Assembly: GCA_038131935.1 (NCBI GenBank)
Contig: JAYPQH010000022.1
Span: forward strand, 61,478-125,477
Direction: 5' to 3'
Source: Alphaproteobacteria bacterium
GTDB taxonomy: Bacteria; Pseudomonadota; Alphaproteobacteria; UBA8317
DNA length: 64,000 nucleotides
Within the stretch, counting starts at the first letter, position 1. The number at the start of each line of letters is the position of its first letter. A program made the position numbers and the translations under genes. The notes under the pieces are model-generated. The model saw only the letters and a program-made list of their open reading frames with translations, was not told where the DNA came from and searched no databases. Positions 42,227 through 53,097 of the stretch are shown here, one piece after another.

Positions 42227-42355
42227 GACGACCGTTTTAACGTTTTCTTGACGCCCGATTTGTTCGCCAATGTGGAAATAAAATCAAGGGCAATATGACA
42301 AATTCATGATATTTTAGTACACATTATTTTATGTATTTCTGACATAAACAATCTA

Positions 42356-43132
42356 CTAGGAATTATCTATCAAAAGTTTTCGCACTGGAAGGCCCGCATC
42401 CATCAAAGCCTTGCGCGCTTGCGCAATTGAAAATGTTCCATAATGGAATATTGAAGCAGCCAAAACAGCGCTCGCACCACCTGTTTTAATACCTGCCACC
42501 AGATGATCTAGTGAACCAACACCTCCTGATGCAATCACAGGTAGACGGACAGCTTGTGATACAGCGCGAACAAGTTCAAGATCGTAACCATCTTTGGTAC
42601 CATCTTTATCCATAGAGGTAAGCAAAATTTCTCCAGCACCCTTAGAGGCAACATTTTTTGCAAAACCAATCGCATCAATGCCCGTTGGCTCACGCCCACC
42701 ATGGGTAAAAATTTGCCACTCCCCTGGACCTGTTCTCCGCGCATCTATGGCCACAACAACACATTGAGACCCAAATCGTTCTGCAGCTTTGGCAACGATG
42801 CCAACATCTTTCACCGCAGCTGTATTTACAGCAACTTTGTCTGCACCTGCTAGAAGAAGAGCGCGAAAATCCTCAACACCACGCACACCACCTCCAACCG
42901 TCAGCGGCATAAAACATTGAGATGCTGTTCGCTCGACCATGTCCAATAAGGTTCCACGACCCTCGTGTGATGCGGAAATATCAAGGAAACAAAGCTCGTC
43001 TGCCCCTTCTTGGTCATAATGTTTTGCTAACTCAACTGGATTCCCTGCATCACGAAGTCCAACAAAATTTACGCCTTTAACAACACGGCCGTTTGCCACA
43101 TCTAAGCAGGGAATAATCCTTACGGCGAGCAT
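42356..43132 (-). CDS. hisF: Imidazole glycerol phosphate synthase cyclase subunit
   Basis: [33 protein letters not shown]. Confidence 0.98.
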   Translation of the reverse strand: MLAVRIIPCLDVANGRVVKGVNFVGLRDAGNPVELAKHYDQEGADELCFLDISASHEGRGTLLDMVERTASQCFMPLTVGGGVRGVEDFRALLLAGADKVAVNTAAVKDVGIVAKAAERFGSQCVVVAIDARRTGPGEWQIFTHGGREPTGIDAIGFAKNVASKGAGEILLTSMDKDGTKDGYDLELVRAVSQAVRLPVIASGGVGSLDHLVAGIKTGGASAVLAASIFHYGTFSIAQARKALMDAGLPVRKLLIDNS

Positions 43133-43863
43133 CAACTCGATCCCTTCAATAAAGATAAGGTTTCTTGAATATCCAAACGACCATCATAAATCGCGCGGCC
43201 CGATATAACCCCAAGTAACCCATTAATTTTGGCATCAAGTAACAATTTAATATCATCAATAGACGCAACACCTCCAGAAGCAATAACAGGCAAACCCGTT
43301 ATCTTGGCCAATTCTGCTGTTGCTTCAATATTTACCCCCGCAAGAACGCCATCTCTATCAATATCTGTGAAGATAATCGCCGCAACACCAACATCAGCAA
43401 ATAATTTACCCAGTTCTATGGCTTTGATATGTGTGGTATTTGCCCATCCTTCGGTCGCAACCATTCCATTTTTGGCGTCAATACCAACAGCAATTTGCCC
43501 GGGATATTTTCGGCAGCCCTCTTTCACCAGCGCCGGGTCTTTCACTGCTGCCGTCCCCAAAATAACACGTTTTACGCCTCGATCGAGCCATCGATCAATA
43601 TCTTCCATCTGTCGGATACCGCCACCCAATTGTATATCCATGTTTACTGAAGAACAAATTTTCCCAACAATGTCCCCATTTATTGATGTTCCCGCGAAAG
43701 CACCATTCAAATCGACCATATGTAACCAAGGACACCCTAGATCAGCAAAGGCTTTTGCTTGAGCAACCGGATCATCATTAAATACGGTCGCTTTCTCCAT
43801 ATCTCCACGTTCGAGACGCACGCAGTGACCATCCTTTAGATCAATTGCTGGAAATAATATCAT
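43132..43863 (-). CDS. hisA: ProFAR isomerase
   Basis: [36 protein letters not shown]. Confidence 0.98.
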   Translation of the reverse strand: MILFPAIDLKDGHCVRLERGDMEKATVFNDDPVAQAKAFADLGCPWLHMVDLNGAFAGTSINGDIVGKICSSVNMDIQLGGGIRQMEDIDRWLDRGVKRVILGTAAVKDPALVKEGCRKYPGQIAVGIDAKNGMVATEGWANTTHIKAIELGKLFADVGVAAIIFTDIDRDGVLAGVNIEATAELAKITGLPVIASGGVASIDDIKLLLDAKINGLLGVISGRAIYDGRLDIQETLSLLKGSS

Positions 43864-44495
43864 GGTGCCCACTCCAAAAAGTTTTGTAGAAGATGAAGTC
43901 CAGCAGATTGCGATTTTTCTGGGTGGAACTGAACCCCAATAATATTGTCTCGTGCAATAGCAGCTGTCACCAGACCACCGTGATCTGTGGAGGCCAATAT
44001 ATGTTGCTGATCAATATCAAAAACGGCATAAGAATGCACAAAATAAACATCTTGATTATGCAGTCCTTGGGTGACTGGATGTGGCACATGCTCATGAATT
44101 CGATTCCAGCCCATATGGGGAATACGAAACTGTTCACCCACGGGTTGCATGAAGCGGGTTTCGCCGTCGAACCATCCTAAGCCATGATGAACACCATGCT
44201 CATGACCTTCTTTAACCAACAACTGCATACCCACACAGATTCCCAAAAATGGCACTGCACGTCTATGTACGGCCTCGTGCAAACTCTCAAGCACACCTGT
44301 TTGGCTTTTCAAACCCAACATGCAATCGCCAAATGCACCCACACCAGGCAGTATGATTCTGTTGGCAGATCTTATCAATTCAGGGTCACTTGTTACCTTT
44401 ACAGAGTTCTGGCCAGCTATTTTTTTAACGGCATTAGACACAGATTTTAGGTTTCCCGAACCATAATCTACAATTGCTAGGTCCAAACTAGGCAC
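43860..44495 (-). CDS. hisH: Imidazole glycerol phosphate synthase glutaminase subunit
   Basis: [34 protein letters not shown]. Confidence 0.98.
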   Translation of the reverse strand: MPSLDLAIVDYGSGNLKSVSNAVKKIAGQNSVKVTSDPELIRSANRIILPGVGAFGDCMLGLKSQTGVLESLHEAVHRRAVPFLGICVGMQLLVKEGHEHGVHHGLGWFDGETRFMQPVGEQFRIPHMGWNRIHEHVPHPVTQGLHNQDVYFVHSYAVFDIDQQHILASTDHGGLVTAAIARDNIIGVQFHPEKSQSAGLHLLQNFLEWAP

Positions 44496-45081
44496 CCATA
44501 TGCTCCTTGGTCGAGGCTAACCGCCCTTGGTTTCTCTCATCCATTGTTGCGGCCTCACGAAGCGCCTTGGCCAGAGCTTTAAAGCCTGATTCTGCAATAT
44601 GGTGATTGTTGGTACCATAGCGATTAATGGCATGAAGGGTTAAACCAGCATGTTGTGCAAATGCATAATACCATTCTCTGAACATTTCTGTATCCAATCC
44701 ACCTAAGCGCTCTTGGGTAAATTTCACGTGAAACACAAGGTATGGTCGATCACAAATATCAACATAACATTCTGACAATGCTTCATCCATCGGAATGATG
44801 GCACGGCCATAGCGATTGATTCCACGTAAATCACCCAATGCTTCGCGAAACGCTAGTCCAAGCGTAATCCCAACATCCTCTGTCGTGTGATGAGGATCTA
44901 TGTGAAGGTCACCCTGAGCCTTTAAGGTGATATCCATAAGTGAATGACGTGCAAGTTGCTCAAGCATATGATCAAGGAAACCTATACCTGTAGATATATC
45001 GGATTTCCCAGTTCCATCTATCTCAATATATGCGGACACTTGGGTTTCTTTTGTGGTACGCTTCGCGCTACCGTTGCGCAT
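44488..45081 (-). CDS. hisB: Imidazoleglycerol-phosphate dehydratase
   Basis: RTTKET, GFLDHML, DPHHTTED, PMDEAL, NNHHIAES. Confidence 0.98.
   Translation of the reverse strand: MRNGSAKRTTKETQVSAYIEIDGTGKSDISTGIGFLDHMLEQLARHSLMDITLKAQGDLHIDPHHTTEDVGITLGLAFREALGDLRGINRYGRAIIPMDEALSECYVDICDRPYLVFHVKFTQERLGGLDTEMFREWYYAFAQHAGLTLHAINRYGTNNHHIAESGFKALAKALREAATMDERNQGRLASTKEHMGA
44720..44735. other. Candidate parS site inside hisB
   Basis: AATTTCACGTGAAACA, 14/16 match to TGTTTCACGTGAAACA, ~11 kb from oriC. Confidence 0.45.
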
Positions 45082-45191
45082 GGCTTGCTTCCTCACATCT
45101 AAACTAGCAAAAATGAGCTTTACCCCTAGCAGACCAAAACATCAAACCCAAGATAGATTGTATGCCTCATATGCAAAAAGGATAATAGAGA

Positions 45192-45723
45192 ATGGAATTA
45201 CATGGAACCACCATCATCTGTGTGCGCAAAGGATCACAAGTTGTCATGGCTGGTGATGGGCAAGTAACCGTAGGACCAACCGTTATGAAAGGTGGGGCTC
45301 GAAAAGTCCGTAAAATTGGTCAGGGGGCAAGTGTTGGCTGGTTTCGCTGGTGCAACGGCTGATGCATTTAGCCTGCTTGAACGGCTGGAAGCAAAACTTG
45401 AAACATACCCAGGACAACTTACACGCGCTGCGGTGGAGCTTGCTAAAGATTGGCGTACAGACCGGTATCTAAGACGTCTTGAAGCGATGTTGGCTGTAGC
45501 AAATCGAGAGACATCCTTAGTGTTAACCGGTATGGGTGATGTTATTGAACCTGACCATGGTGTCATTGGTATTGGTTCAGGTGGCACCTTCGCTCTTGCA
45601 GCAGCTCTCGCGCAAATGGATACAGATCGAGATGCTGAAACCATTGCCAGAAACTCTCTAGCTATTGCAGGACAAATATGTATTTACACAAATGACCATA
45701 TCACATTGGAGCAACTTTCATGA
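45192..45723 (+). CDS. hslV: ATP-dependent protease subunit HslV (apparent +1 frameshift in G-run 45323-45327)
   Basis: ATG 45192 gives [21 protein letters not shown]; continues as [30 protein letters not shown]. Confidence 0.97.
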
Positions 45724-47028
45724 GCGTTTTTTCACCACGAGAAATTGTATCTGAACTCGATCGCTTCATTATTGGTCAAACCGAAGCTAAAAAAGCTGTT
45801 GCCAATGCATTACGGAACCGCTGGCGGCGTCAACAGATTCCAAGCCCTCTACGCGATGAAATAATGCCTAAAAATATCCTTATGGTTGGTCCAACGGGTG
45901 TGGGTAAAACAGAAATTTCAAGGCGCCTAGCAAAATTAGCTAATGCACCATTCCTTAAAGTTGAAGCCACAAAATTTACTGAAGTTGGGTATGTTGGTCG
46001 GGATGTTGAGCAAATAATTCGAGACCTCGTCGAAGTCAGCATCCATATGCTCAAAGAGCAATCTCGTAAAAAAGTGCAAGCACGCGCTCAACTTCTTGCA
46101 GAAGACCGAGTGCTAGAAGTCCTTGTGGGCCAAAATGCCAATGAGACAACCAAGGAAAATTTCCGACAAAAGCTTCGCGGCGGCCTCTTAGACGAAAAAG
46201 AAATAGAAATAGAATTGAGTGACCCACAATCTGGTATGCCAAATTTTGAAATTCCTGGCATGCCCGGTGGTTCTGTCTCCATGATTAATCTCCAAGATTT
46301 ATTTGGCAAAGGTTTTTCTAAAACCAAGAAACGTAAAATACGTATCGCTGATGCGCACGATGTACTCGTTTCAGAAGAAGCTGATAAATTATTAGATGTC
46401 GATCAAATCCAGCGTGAAGCTCTAAAAAAGGTAGAACAAGAAGGTATTGTTTTTATTGACGAAATAGACAAAATTTGCGCACGTAGCGAGCGTAACACTG
46501 GGGGGGTGATGTGTCAAGGAAGGTGTGCAACGAGATCTTCTACCTCTCATTGAAGGTACAACCGTTACTACAAAATACGGTGCCTTGAAAACAGACTATA
46601 TCCTGTTCATTGCATCAGGTGCATTTCATCTCTCAAAACCGTCAGACTTACTTCCTGAACTACAAGGACGTTTGCCCATACGCGTAATGCTTGGTGCACT
46701 TGATAAAGAGGACCTCATAAAAATTCTTAGAGAAACAGAGGCTAATCTTCCAACACAATACCAAGCACTGTTAGAAACGGAAGGCCTACGGTTGGAGTTT
46801 TCCGATGATGGTATAGAAGCAATTGCTGATAAAGCTGTAGAATTGAATGCATCCATCGAAAATATCGGTGCACGGCGCTTACATACAATTCTTGAACATA
46901 TACTCAGTGACACCAGCTTTTATGCAGCTGATAAATCTGGTGAAACTATAACAGTTGATCAGCAATTTGTGATGGGGAACTTGGGTGACTTGGATTCCAA
47001 AGGCGATTTAACACGTTTTATTTTATAA
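45720..47028 (+). CDS. hslU: ATP-dependent protease ATPase subunit HslU (apparent frameshift at ~46500-46520)
   Basis: [43 protein letters not shown]; two missing G restore [14 protein letters not shown]. Confidence 0.97.
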
Positions 47029-47083
47029 CGCTTTTCATGGCGAGGTGTACGGCTCTTTTAACACCCTTCATTGTTGGTGATGA

Positions 47084-47686
47084 TCAAACTGCATCTCGTC
47101 TTCGCCTAAGGTAGACATAAAAAGCACCAGAACCACCATGTTTGGGAGATGCTGGCGTAGCGGTGAGAATTTGCTGTGCAAAGGATGACATTTTTATCCA
47201 TTGCGGGAACCTGGTGCGAATAATACCATCGCCATGTCTACCCTTTCCCGTAATCACCAATACAAGTCTCATATCTTGCCTAAGACATCGAGCAAGAAAA
47301 TTTTCTAGCTGTTGATGTGCTTGGGATTGTATCATCCCATGAAGATCAATACTGGCTTCAATAGGTAATTTTCCAGCCAGCAGCCGTCTGACCAACGCTC
47401 TATCTATACCAGAAAATGTTCTATGCCACGTTTCATGATCATGAATGTTTGTAGGTGCCGTTCGGGCAATTTTTATAGATTGTTGGCTTTGCTGTTTTGG
47501 TATTGTGGGGATTTTATTCTTCTTAGATTCAATATGTTGCTGTTTTGCTAAGCCCAACTCATCGACATACTCTTGGAAATCTTGTTCAGCTTGTCTTACT
47601 TTCTGCTGACCCTTGCGGACATCTTTCATAGCTAAGCGCCATAGTTTTTGCTCGTCTCTAGAAATCCGACGTGACCGCATGATCAC
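47084..47686 (-). CDS. Smr/MutS2-family endonuclease domain protein
   Basis: IDLHGM, VLVITGKG, HGGSGAFYVYLRR. Confidence 0.93.
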   Translation of the reverse strand: MIMRSRRISRDEQKLWRLAMKDVRKGQQKVRQAEQDFQEYVDELGLAKQQHIESKKNKIPTIPKQQSQQSIKIARTAPTNIHDHETWHRTFSGIDRALVRRLLAGKLPIEASIDLHGMIQSQAHQQLENFLARCLRQDMRLVLVITGKGRHGDGIIRTRFPQWIKMSSFAQQILTATPASPKHGGSGAFYVYLRRRRDAV

Positions 47687-48333
47687 TGATCATCAACAAG
47701 AAAAATATGCTGCGTCTTAGGGCCATGTGCACCCATATACAATGTTTGTTCAATATCAGCTGTTCTAGACGGACCAGTGATGAGGTTGACGGCACGAGGA
47801 AATACTTTGCGTTTGCGAACAACCTTCCAAACATCATCCAAGGAATCTAATATTGCGCTTTTAAACAAAACAACAAAATGATGTTCTGGCACATAATTAA
47901 GTGTCGTCATTCGCTCACGTCCAGAATGCATCATTAAAGTACCGGTCTCAGCCACCCCAGCTACTGCCAAAGAGAGACCCATCATATCTTCTAATCCTGG
48001 TTTCTTTTTTACTGTTTCAAGCTGCGTTTGTGAAAAATCTAGTTCATCAAAAAATTTTTCTGGCTCGATTACCAATCTCTGAGCAACATTAAAGGTCATA
48101 GCTTTTGATGCTATGGCCTCTACAAGTTCATTTTTATTGAGACGTTGAACTTCCGTGTCATGCTCACGAGCTCTTTGAATAAAATCTTCAACCGCATCAT
48201 TATGCTGTGAGATGCTTGGTTGGATCCAACGCTCATGCTTTTCCATGCGCTCATGGATGGCAATATGACGGGCCTGCTCATCATCTTTTTTAAGAACTGA
48301 TTGTAAACGCTCAAGCATAGGAATTGACTTCAT
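47683..48333 (-). CDS. Lactate utilization protein C (LutC/YkgG/LldG)
   Basis: GVAETGTL, LITGPSRTADIEQTL.MGAHGP; ATGA overlap with lutB. Confidence 0.93.
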   Translation of the reverse strand: MKSIPMLERLQSVLKKDDEQARHIAIHERMEKHERWIQPSISQHNDAVEDFIQRAREHDTEVQRLNKNELVEAIASKAMTFNVAQRLVIEPEKFFDELDFSQTQLETVKKKPGLEDMMGLSLAVAGVAETGTLMMHSGRERMTTLNYVPEHHFVVLFKSAILDSLDDVWKVVRKRKVFPRAVNLITGPSRTADIEQTLYMGAHGPKTQHIFLVDDQ

Positions 48334-49751
48334 GAACGTTGCCTCCGCGCATACTGTTGCATAAAACTTTCCCTGGCAGGCGCTGGTAGAACCCGTGATC
48401 TTGTCCAAGCTTTTAAGCCTGGTAATTCTCGAAAATGACCTAATGAGCCAGCCAAGTGATTTCCAAAGAAACATGCTATGGACATTAAACGTCTGTACAA
48501 AGCGGGTCTTTTGGCAATGTAGGACCAAGCGTTGATCGCTAAACGTTCCAAACGCGTGTTTTGCTCTGTTTCTGACGCCTCATTTCTCCAATCACGCATA
48601 AGGTCTGGTAATGGAATTTTCATTGGACAAACTTCTGCGCAACGACCACAAAAAGTTGATGCGTTAGGAAGATCAGGTGAAGAGTCGATACCCCAAATCG
48701 CTGGTGTTAAAACGGAACCTACTGGGCCCATATAGGTCGACCCGTAAGCATGTCCTCCAACGGCTGCATATACTGGGCAATGGTTCATGCAAGCTGCACA
48801 TCTTATACAACGCAAGATGTCACGGTATTTTGATCCCAAAATCCGGCTACGACCATTATCCAACAGAACAACATGAAATGCGCTAGGCCCATCTTTGTCT
48901 GTTTTCCTCTTTGGACCTGTTGAAAATGTTGTATACACAGACATGTCTTGACCAGTCGCTGATCTTGCGAGCAAACGCATCAATGTTGTGGCATCCTCTA
49001 ATGTGGGAACAACCTTCTCAATTGAAGCCACAACCACATGCACATCAGGCAAAGCTTGGGTAAGATCTCCATTACCTTCGTTGGTAACGATGGTGGTGGA
49101 ACCTGTTTCTGCAATTAAGAAATTGGCACCTGTTATGCCGACATCAGCTTGGAAATATTTTTCCCTCAATATGGTTCGCGCTTCTCCCACAAGACTTTCA
49201 CCATCGCTCAAGTCTCGTTCTTCATCAAGGTGATGATGATGCTCACGAAATATTGTTTCGACCTGAGCTTTTGTTTTGTGTACCACCGGAGCGATGATAT
49301 GAGACGGGGGCTCATCTGCTAATTGAATGATATACTCACCCAAATCTGTCTCAACAGGCTGTATTCCAGCATCTTGAAGGGCCGCATTCAATGCGATTTC
49401 TTCAGATACCATAGATTTCCCTTTGGTAACGGACTTTGCATTATGAGCTCTACAAATATTTAGAATTGCTTCGCGGGCTTGTTCTGCATTGTCACACCAA
49501 TGAACAACGCCACCATGCTCTTCAACCTTTGATGCAAAGTGTGCCAAATAAAGATCTAAGTGATCTAGGGTATGATTTTTTATTTCTACCGCTTTGTTTC
49601 GTATATCCTCGAATTCTGGCAATGGCTCCAAGGCTGATGCGCGTCTCTCAATAAAGTTTTTTTCAACTTTAGAGAGCGCCTCTTGTAAATTTTTATCTTT
49701 GAGTGCTCCCGCTATTTTTTTTTTGAATGCCCGTGCGTTCAACTCAGTCAT
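48330..49751 (-). CDS. Lactate utilization Fe-S protein B (LutB/YkgF/LldF)
   Basis: KGKSMVSEE, ETDLGEYIIQL, NEGNG, CIRCAACMNHCP, STFCGRCAEVCP. Confidence 0.96.
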   Translation of the reverse strand: MTELNARAFKKKIAGALKDKNLQEALSKVEKNFIERRASALEPLPEFEDIRNKAVEIKNHTLDHLDLYLAHFASKVEEHGGVVHWCDNAEQAREAILNICRAHNAKSVTKGKSMVSEEIALNAALQDAGIQPVETDLGEYIIQLADEPPSHIIAPVVHKTKAQVETIFREHHHHLDEERDLSDGESLVGEARTILREKYFQADVGITGANFLIAETGSTTIVTNEGNGDLTQALPDVHVVVASIEKVVPTLEDATTLMRLLARSATGQDMSVYTTFSTGPKRKTDKDGPSAFHVVLLDNGRSRILGSKYRDILRCIRCAACMNHCPVYAAVGGHAYGSTYMGPVGSVLTPAIWGIDSSPDLPNASTFCGRCAEVCPMKIPLPDLMRDWRNEASETEQNTRLERLAINAWSYIAKRPALYRRLMSIACFFGNHLAGSLGHFRELPGLKAWTRSRVLPAPARESFMQQYARRQRS

Positions 49752-50523
49752 TTTTTCCCTCCCCAATAGCTGGTACATCAGTGCGCTCAGCTAATATCTC
49801 CGCTATGTGATATGCACGCATATTTGAACCATTCTTTTTTAAGCGACCAGCAATATTGAGAAGACAACCCATGTCGCCAGCAGCAACCACTGAGGCACCT
49901 GTTTGGGCTAAACTATTACATTTTTTTTCCACCATCGTTGTCGAAATATCACTATATTTCACGCAAAAAGCACCACCAAATCCACAACATACATCGCGCG
50001 TTTCATGCTCTATAACCGTGCCATTTTTCATGGACTGAACAAGTTCCCGTGGTTCTATACGAACGCCATGCTCACGTAGTGATGAACAACTATCATGATA
50101 TGTGATTGTCATGGCTTGCCCATCTTCCAGGCTTTTTAAACCTCGTACGCGGTACAGAAAGAAAAGAAGTTCATAAGTCTTTGCTGCTAGATCTTTAGCT
50201 TTCTGAGCATATTCTTGATCATCTTTCATAAGTGTGGGCAAATGATGGTTAAGCATACCCCCACAAGATCCAGATGGAACAACCACATAGTCAAAATCTT
50301 TAAACAAATCGATAACTTGGCGTGCTATCGCTTTTGCTTCTTTTGGATTTCCGCTGTTAAATGCTGGTTGACCACAACAAACTTGATCTGTTGGCACCGA
50401 GACAGTGCACCCAGCTTTTTCCAACAAATCAATCGAGGAAAAACCAACATTTGGTCTAAAACTATCCACCAAACAGGTAACGAAAAGTCCTACATGTGGT
50501 TTTGAAGAATTTTTGTCGTTCAT
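49744..50523 (-). CDS. Lactate utilization protein A (LutA/YkgE/LldE), CCG-domain
   Basis: LFVTCLVD, QVCCGQP, PSGSCG, YHDSC, CCGFGG, DMGCL. Confidence 0.96.
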   Translation of the reverse strand: MNDKNSSKPHVGLFVTCLVDSFRPNVGFSSIDLLEKAGCTVSVPTDQVCCGQPAFNSGNPKEAKAIARQVIDLFKDFDYVVVPSGSCGGMLNHHLPTLMKDDQEYAQKAKDLAAKTYELLFFLYRVRGLKSLEDGQAMTITYHDSCSSLREHGVRIEPRELVQSMKNGTVIEHETRDVCCGFGGAFCVKYSDISTTMVEKKCNSLAQTGASVVAAGDMGCLLNIAGRLKKNGSNMRAYHIAEILAERTDVPAIGEGKND

Positions 50524-50546
50524 TATTCCCCCAACAGACTTGAATG

Positions 50547-51218
50547 CTATGAGCGTGGTGACGTTTCAATCAATGTCCAATTTGGATTAGAATCATTCAG
50601 GTCTTTCTCAAATTCCCAATGCTCTCTAGAACTTTGGACTGTTTGCGGCGAACCTTCAAGGGTATTTCCTTCAAGATCCGTTAGATGGATGAGCACCTCA
50701 ACATCGAAGTCCATACCAATGGTTGCGATGGTCCCCTCAAGTTCCACCACAGCGACACGGGCAGCTGTTATTCCAACAATATCATGAAGGAGCTTTTGTC
50801 CTTTTTGCTCTCGTTCTTGGATAGCTTCTTCAAAAGCCTCAAAAACATCATTTCTCATCAACATTTTTAAAGTTTGCGTATCACCACCCGCATAAGCTTC
50901 CATGATCATGCCATATGCTGACTTCGCGCCTTGTATAAAGGCATTTGGGTCAAATGATGGATCAATTTTGTTAAATTGGCGCAATTTTTGTTCTACATCG
51001 ACATTACTCATATTTTTGCGCGGCAAAGTCCAATCTTGTTGTTTGTTGGCATCAAGAGGAATAACATTTGATGGTTCTTCCTCGCGCTCCAGTGGCTCTT
51101 GAATGAGTGATGGACGTTCTTTTTCTTCACCTGTACGTCGACCAAGTACTTCTCTAAGCTTCATGAATATCACCAAGGCCATAACCCCGAAGATAATTAA
51201 TTGAACAAGATCACCCAC
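50547..51218 (-). CDS. Tim44/TimA family protein
   Basis: N-terminal TM then LREVLGRRTG, DPSFDPNAFIQGAKSAY, WEFEK..PNWTL; GTG start at 51218. Confidence 0.93.
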   Translation of the reverse strand: MGDLVQLIIFGVMALVIFMKLREVLGRRTGEEKERPSLIQEPLEREEEPSNVIPLDANKQQDWTLPRKNMSNVDVEQKLRQFNKIDPSFDPNAFIQGAKSAYGMIMEAYAGGDTQTLKMLMRNDVFEAFEEAIQEREQKGQKLLHDIVGITAARVAVVELEGTIATIGMDFDVEVLIHLTDLEGNTLEGSPQTVQSSREHWEFEKDLNDSNPNWTLIETSPRS

Positions 51219-51341
51219 AATAAAACCCTCTTTGTTTACCCTCTTAACGAATTGTCTTTGACCCAAAACAATCGGTATATTTGCCAAAATCATCTTTAAT
51301 GGTTATCGCCCAAACATAAACCAACCCGCAAAGGAAAGAAC

Positions 51342-51797
51342 ATGACTGATACGACGGAACAAGCAGACGTTGAAGTACGCCAATTATCGCAATACACCAA
51401 GGATCTCTCTTTCGAAAATCCCAACGGCGTAACCAGCGTAAACAAAGCAAATTCACAACGTCCTGATATTGATATTGGTGTTCAAGTGCAAGCGAGCAAG
51501 ATCAGTGATGATATTTATGAGTCTGTTATTGAACTAAAAGTAAGCGCAAAAATTGATGAAGAAGTTATCTTTATTGTTGAATTGGCATTTGGTTCAGCTT
51601 GGATGGTTCGAAATCTACCAGACGATCAATTATCCCAATTCTTACTTATTCACGCTCCTAGTATGACATTTCCATTTGCAAGACGCATTGTATCAGATCT
51701 CACAAGGGATGGATCATTTCCACCACTTATGCTCGACCCGATTGATTTTTCCGCATTGTACCGTCACAATGTTGAACAACAAAACAGTGAAGCCTAA
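51342..51797 (+). CDS. secB: Protein-export chaperone SecB
   Basis: QYTKDLSFENP, FPFARRIV, FPPLMLDPIDF.ALY. Confidence 0.98.
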   Translation: MTDTTEQADVEVRQLSQYTKDLSFENPNGVTSVNKANSQRPDIDIGVQVQASKISDDIYESVIELKVSAKIDEEVIFIVELAFGSAWMVRNLPDDQLSQFLLIHAPSMTFPFARRIVSDLTRDGSFPPLMLDPIDFSALYRHNVEQQNSEA

Positions 51798-51799
51798 TC

Positions 51800-52507
51800 T
51801 TACTTTTGACCTGCCAAATGCCACAACAAAGTTTTACCATGTTCTGGTGATGACAGCTGATCCAACAAAGTATGATGCCGATCAACATCTTCTTGACTTT
51901 TAATGAATGGATTTGATCGGCTCGGCCACTTGTGACGAGCGCCCTGTGTATCTGTTATCGCATCATCTTGCGTCGCCATAAGATTTAGTGCTGGTTCACG
52001 CCCACCTGATAATTCTAGATATACCTCAGCTAGCAATTTCGCGTCCGTAAGCGCACCATGCTTTTCTCGAACAGACAAATCAATCTGAAATCTTCGACAT
52101 AAAGCATCCAAAGACACAGGAGCACCAGGAAAAGATTGTCTGGCCATACGCAACGTATCGATGGCGCGATCTGATGGCAATGGGTCACGTCCAAGTCTTA
52201 AGAGCTCGTGGTTAATAAACGCCATATCAAAACTTGCGTTGTGGATTACCAACGGCGAGCAACCAAAAAAATCCAATATCTCGTTTACTTTTTGATCGAA
52301 CTGTGGTTGTCCAGACAAGAACTCTTCACTGAGTCCATGTACCAGAAAAGCTTCCTGAGGCATGTCTCTTTCTGGGTTGAAATAAAAATGCAATGTTGAT
52401 CCGGTGGGCATACCGTGATCAAGCTCTACACACCCAATTTCCACCAACCTATGACCTTCTTCTGGTTCTAAACCAGTGGTTTCTGTATCTAGGACAATTT
52501 CTCTCAT
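51800..52507 (-). CDS. dnaQ: DNA polymerase III subunit epsilon
   Basis: LDTETTGL, HNASFD, SLDALC, HGALTDA. Confidence 0.98.
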   Translation of the reverse strand: MREIVLDTETTGLEPEEGHRLVEIGCVELDHGMPTGSTLHFYFNPERDMPQEAFLVHGLSEEFLSGQPQFDQKVNEILDFFGCSPLVIHNASFDMAFINHELLRLGRDPLPSDRAIDTLRMARQSFPGAPVSLDALCRRFQIDLSVREKHGALTDAKLLAEVYLELSGGREPALNLMATQDDAITDTQGARHKWPSRSNPFIKSQEDVDRHHTLLDQLSSPEHGKTLLWHLAGQK

Positions 52508-53097
52508 GAATGATCAGATAATATATTAATGGATGCCTTCACTCTATTTCGAGCATGCTCTAAACCTAGATCTGTCATAATAACAATATCCGCATGCCTA
52601 CATTTTATACGGTTTGGCATTTGTCGAGATAAAATCATAAGAAATAGGTTTAAATTCATATCAGATCTTTTCATGACTCGCTCATATTGTACGTATCGTG
52701 GCGCCGCACAGACCAGTACCAAGTCGACTTCATGTTTTGAACCAGTTTCAAACAATAATGGAATATCAAAAACAACCAGTGGATGTTTTTCATCCTCAGC
52801 CTTTTGTACAAATTCATCCCTACAAGCTCTTACCCTTGGATGTACCAAACGTTCTATATCCCTCAGTCTATTGGGGCTTTTACGTAGTTGATCTGACAAA
52901 ATTTTTCGATCTACAAAACCTTTGTTCGTTGTGTTCGGGAACAATCTTTCAATTTGTTCAATGAGCTGCTTATCGTTTTGGTATAATGAATGAACGACAG
53001 CATCAGCATCAAACACTGGTACGCCAAATGACCTGAACATATCTGCTGTTGTTGGTTTACCCATTCCTATAGATCCGGTAAGACCAATGATGCGCAT
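52504..53097 (-). CDS. coaE: Dephospho-CoA kinase
   Basis: GLTGSIGMGK, DADAVVH, VHP.V, DIPLLFE. Confidence 0.97.
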   Translation of the reverse strand: MRIIGLTGSIGMGKPTTADMFRSFGVPVFDADAVVHSLYQNDKQLIEQIERLFPNTTNKGFVDRKILSDQLRKSPNRLRDIERLVHPRVRACRDEFVQKAEDEKHPLVVFDIPLLFETGSKHEVDLVLVCAAPRYVQYERVMKRSDMNLNLFLMILSRQMPNRIKCRHADIVIMTDLGLEHARNRVKASINILSDHS

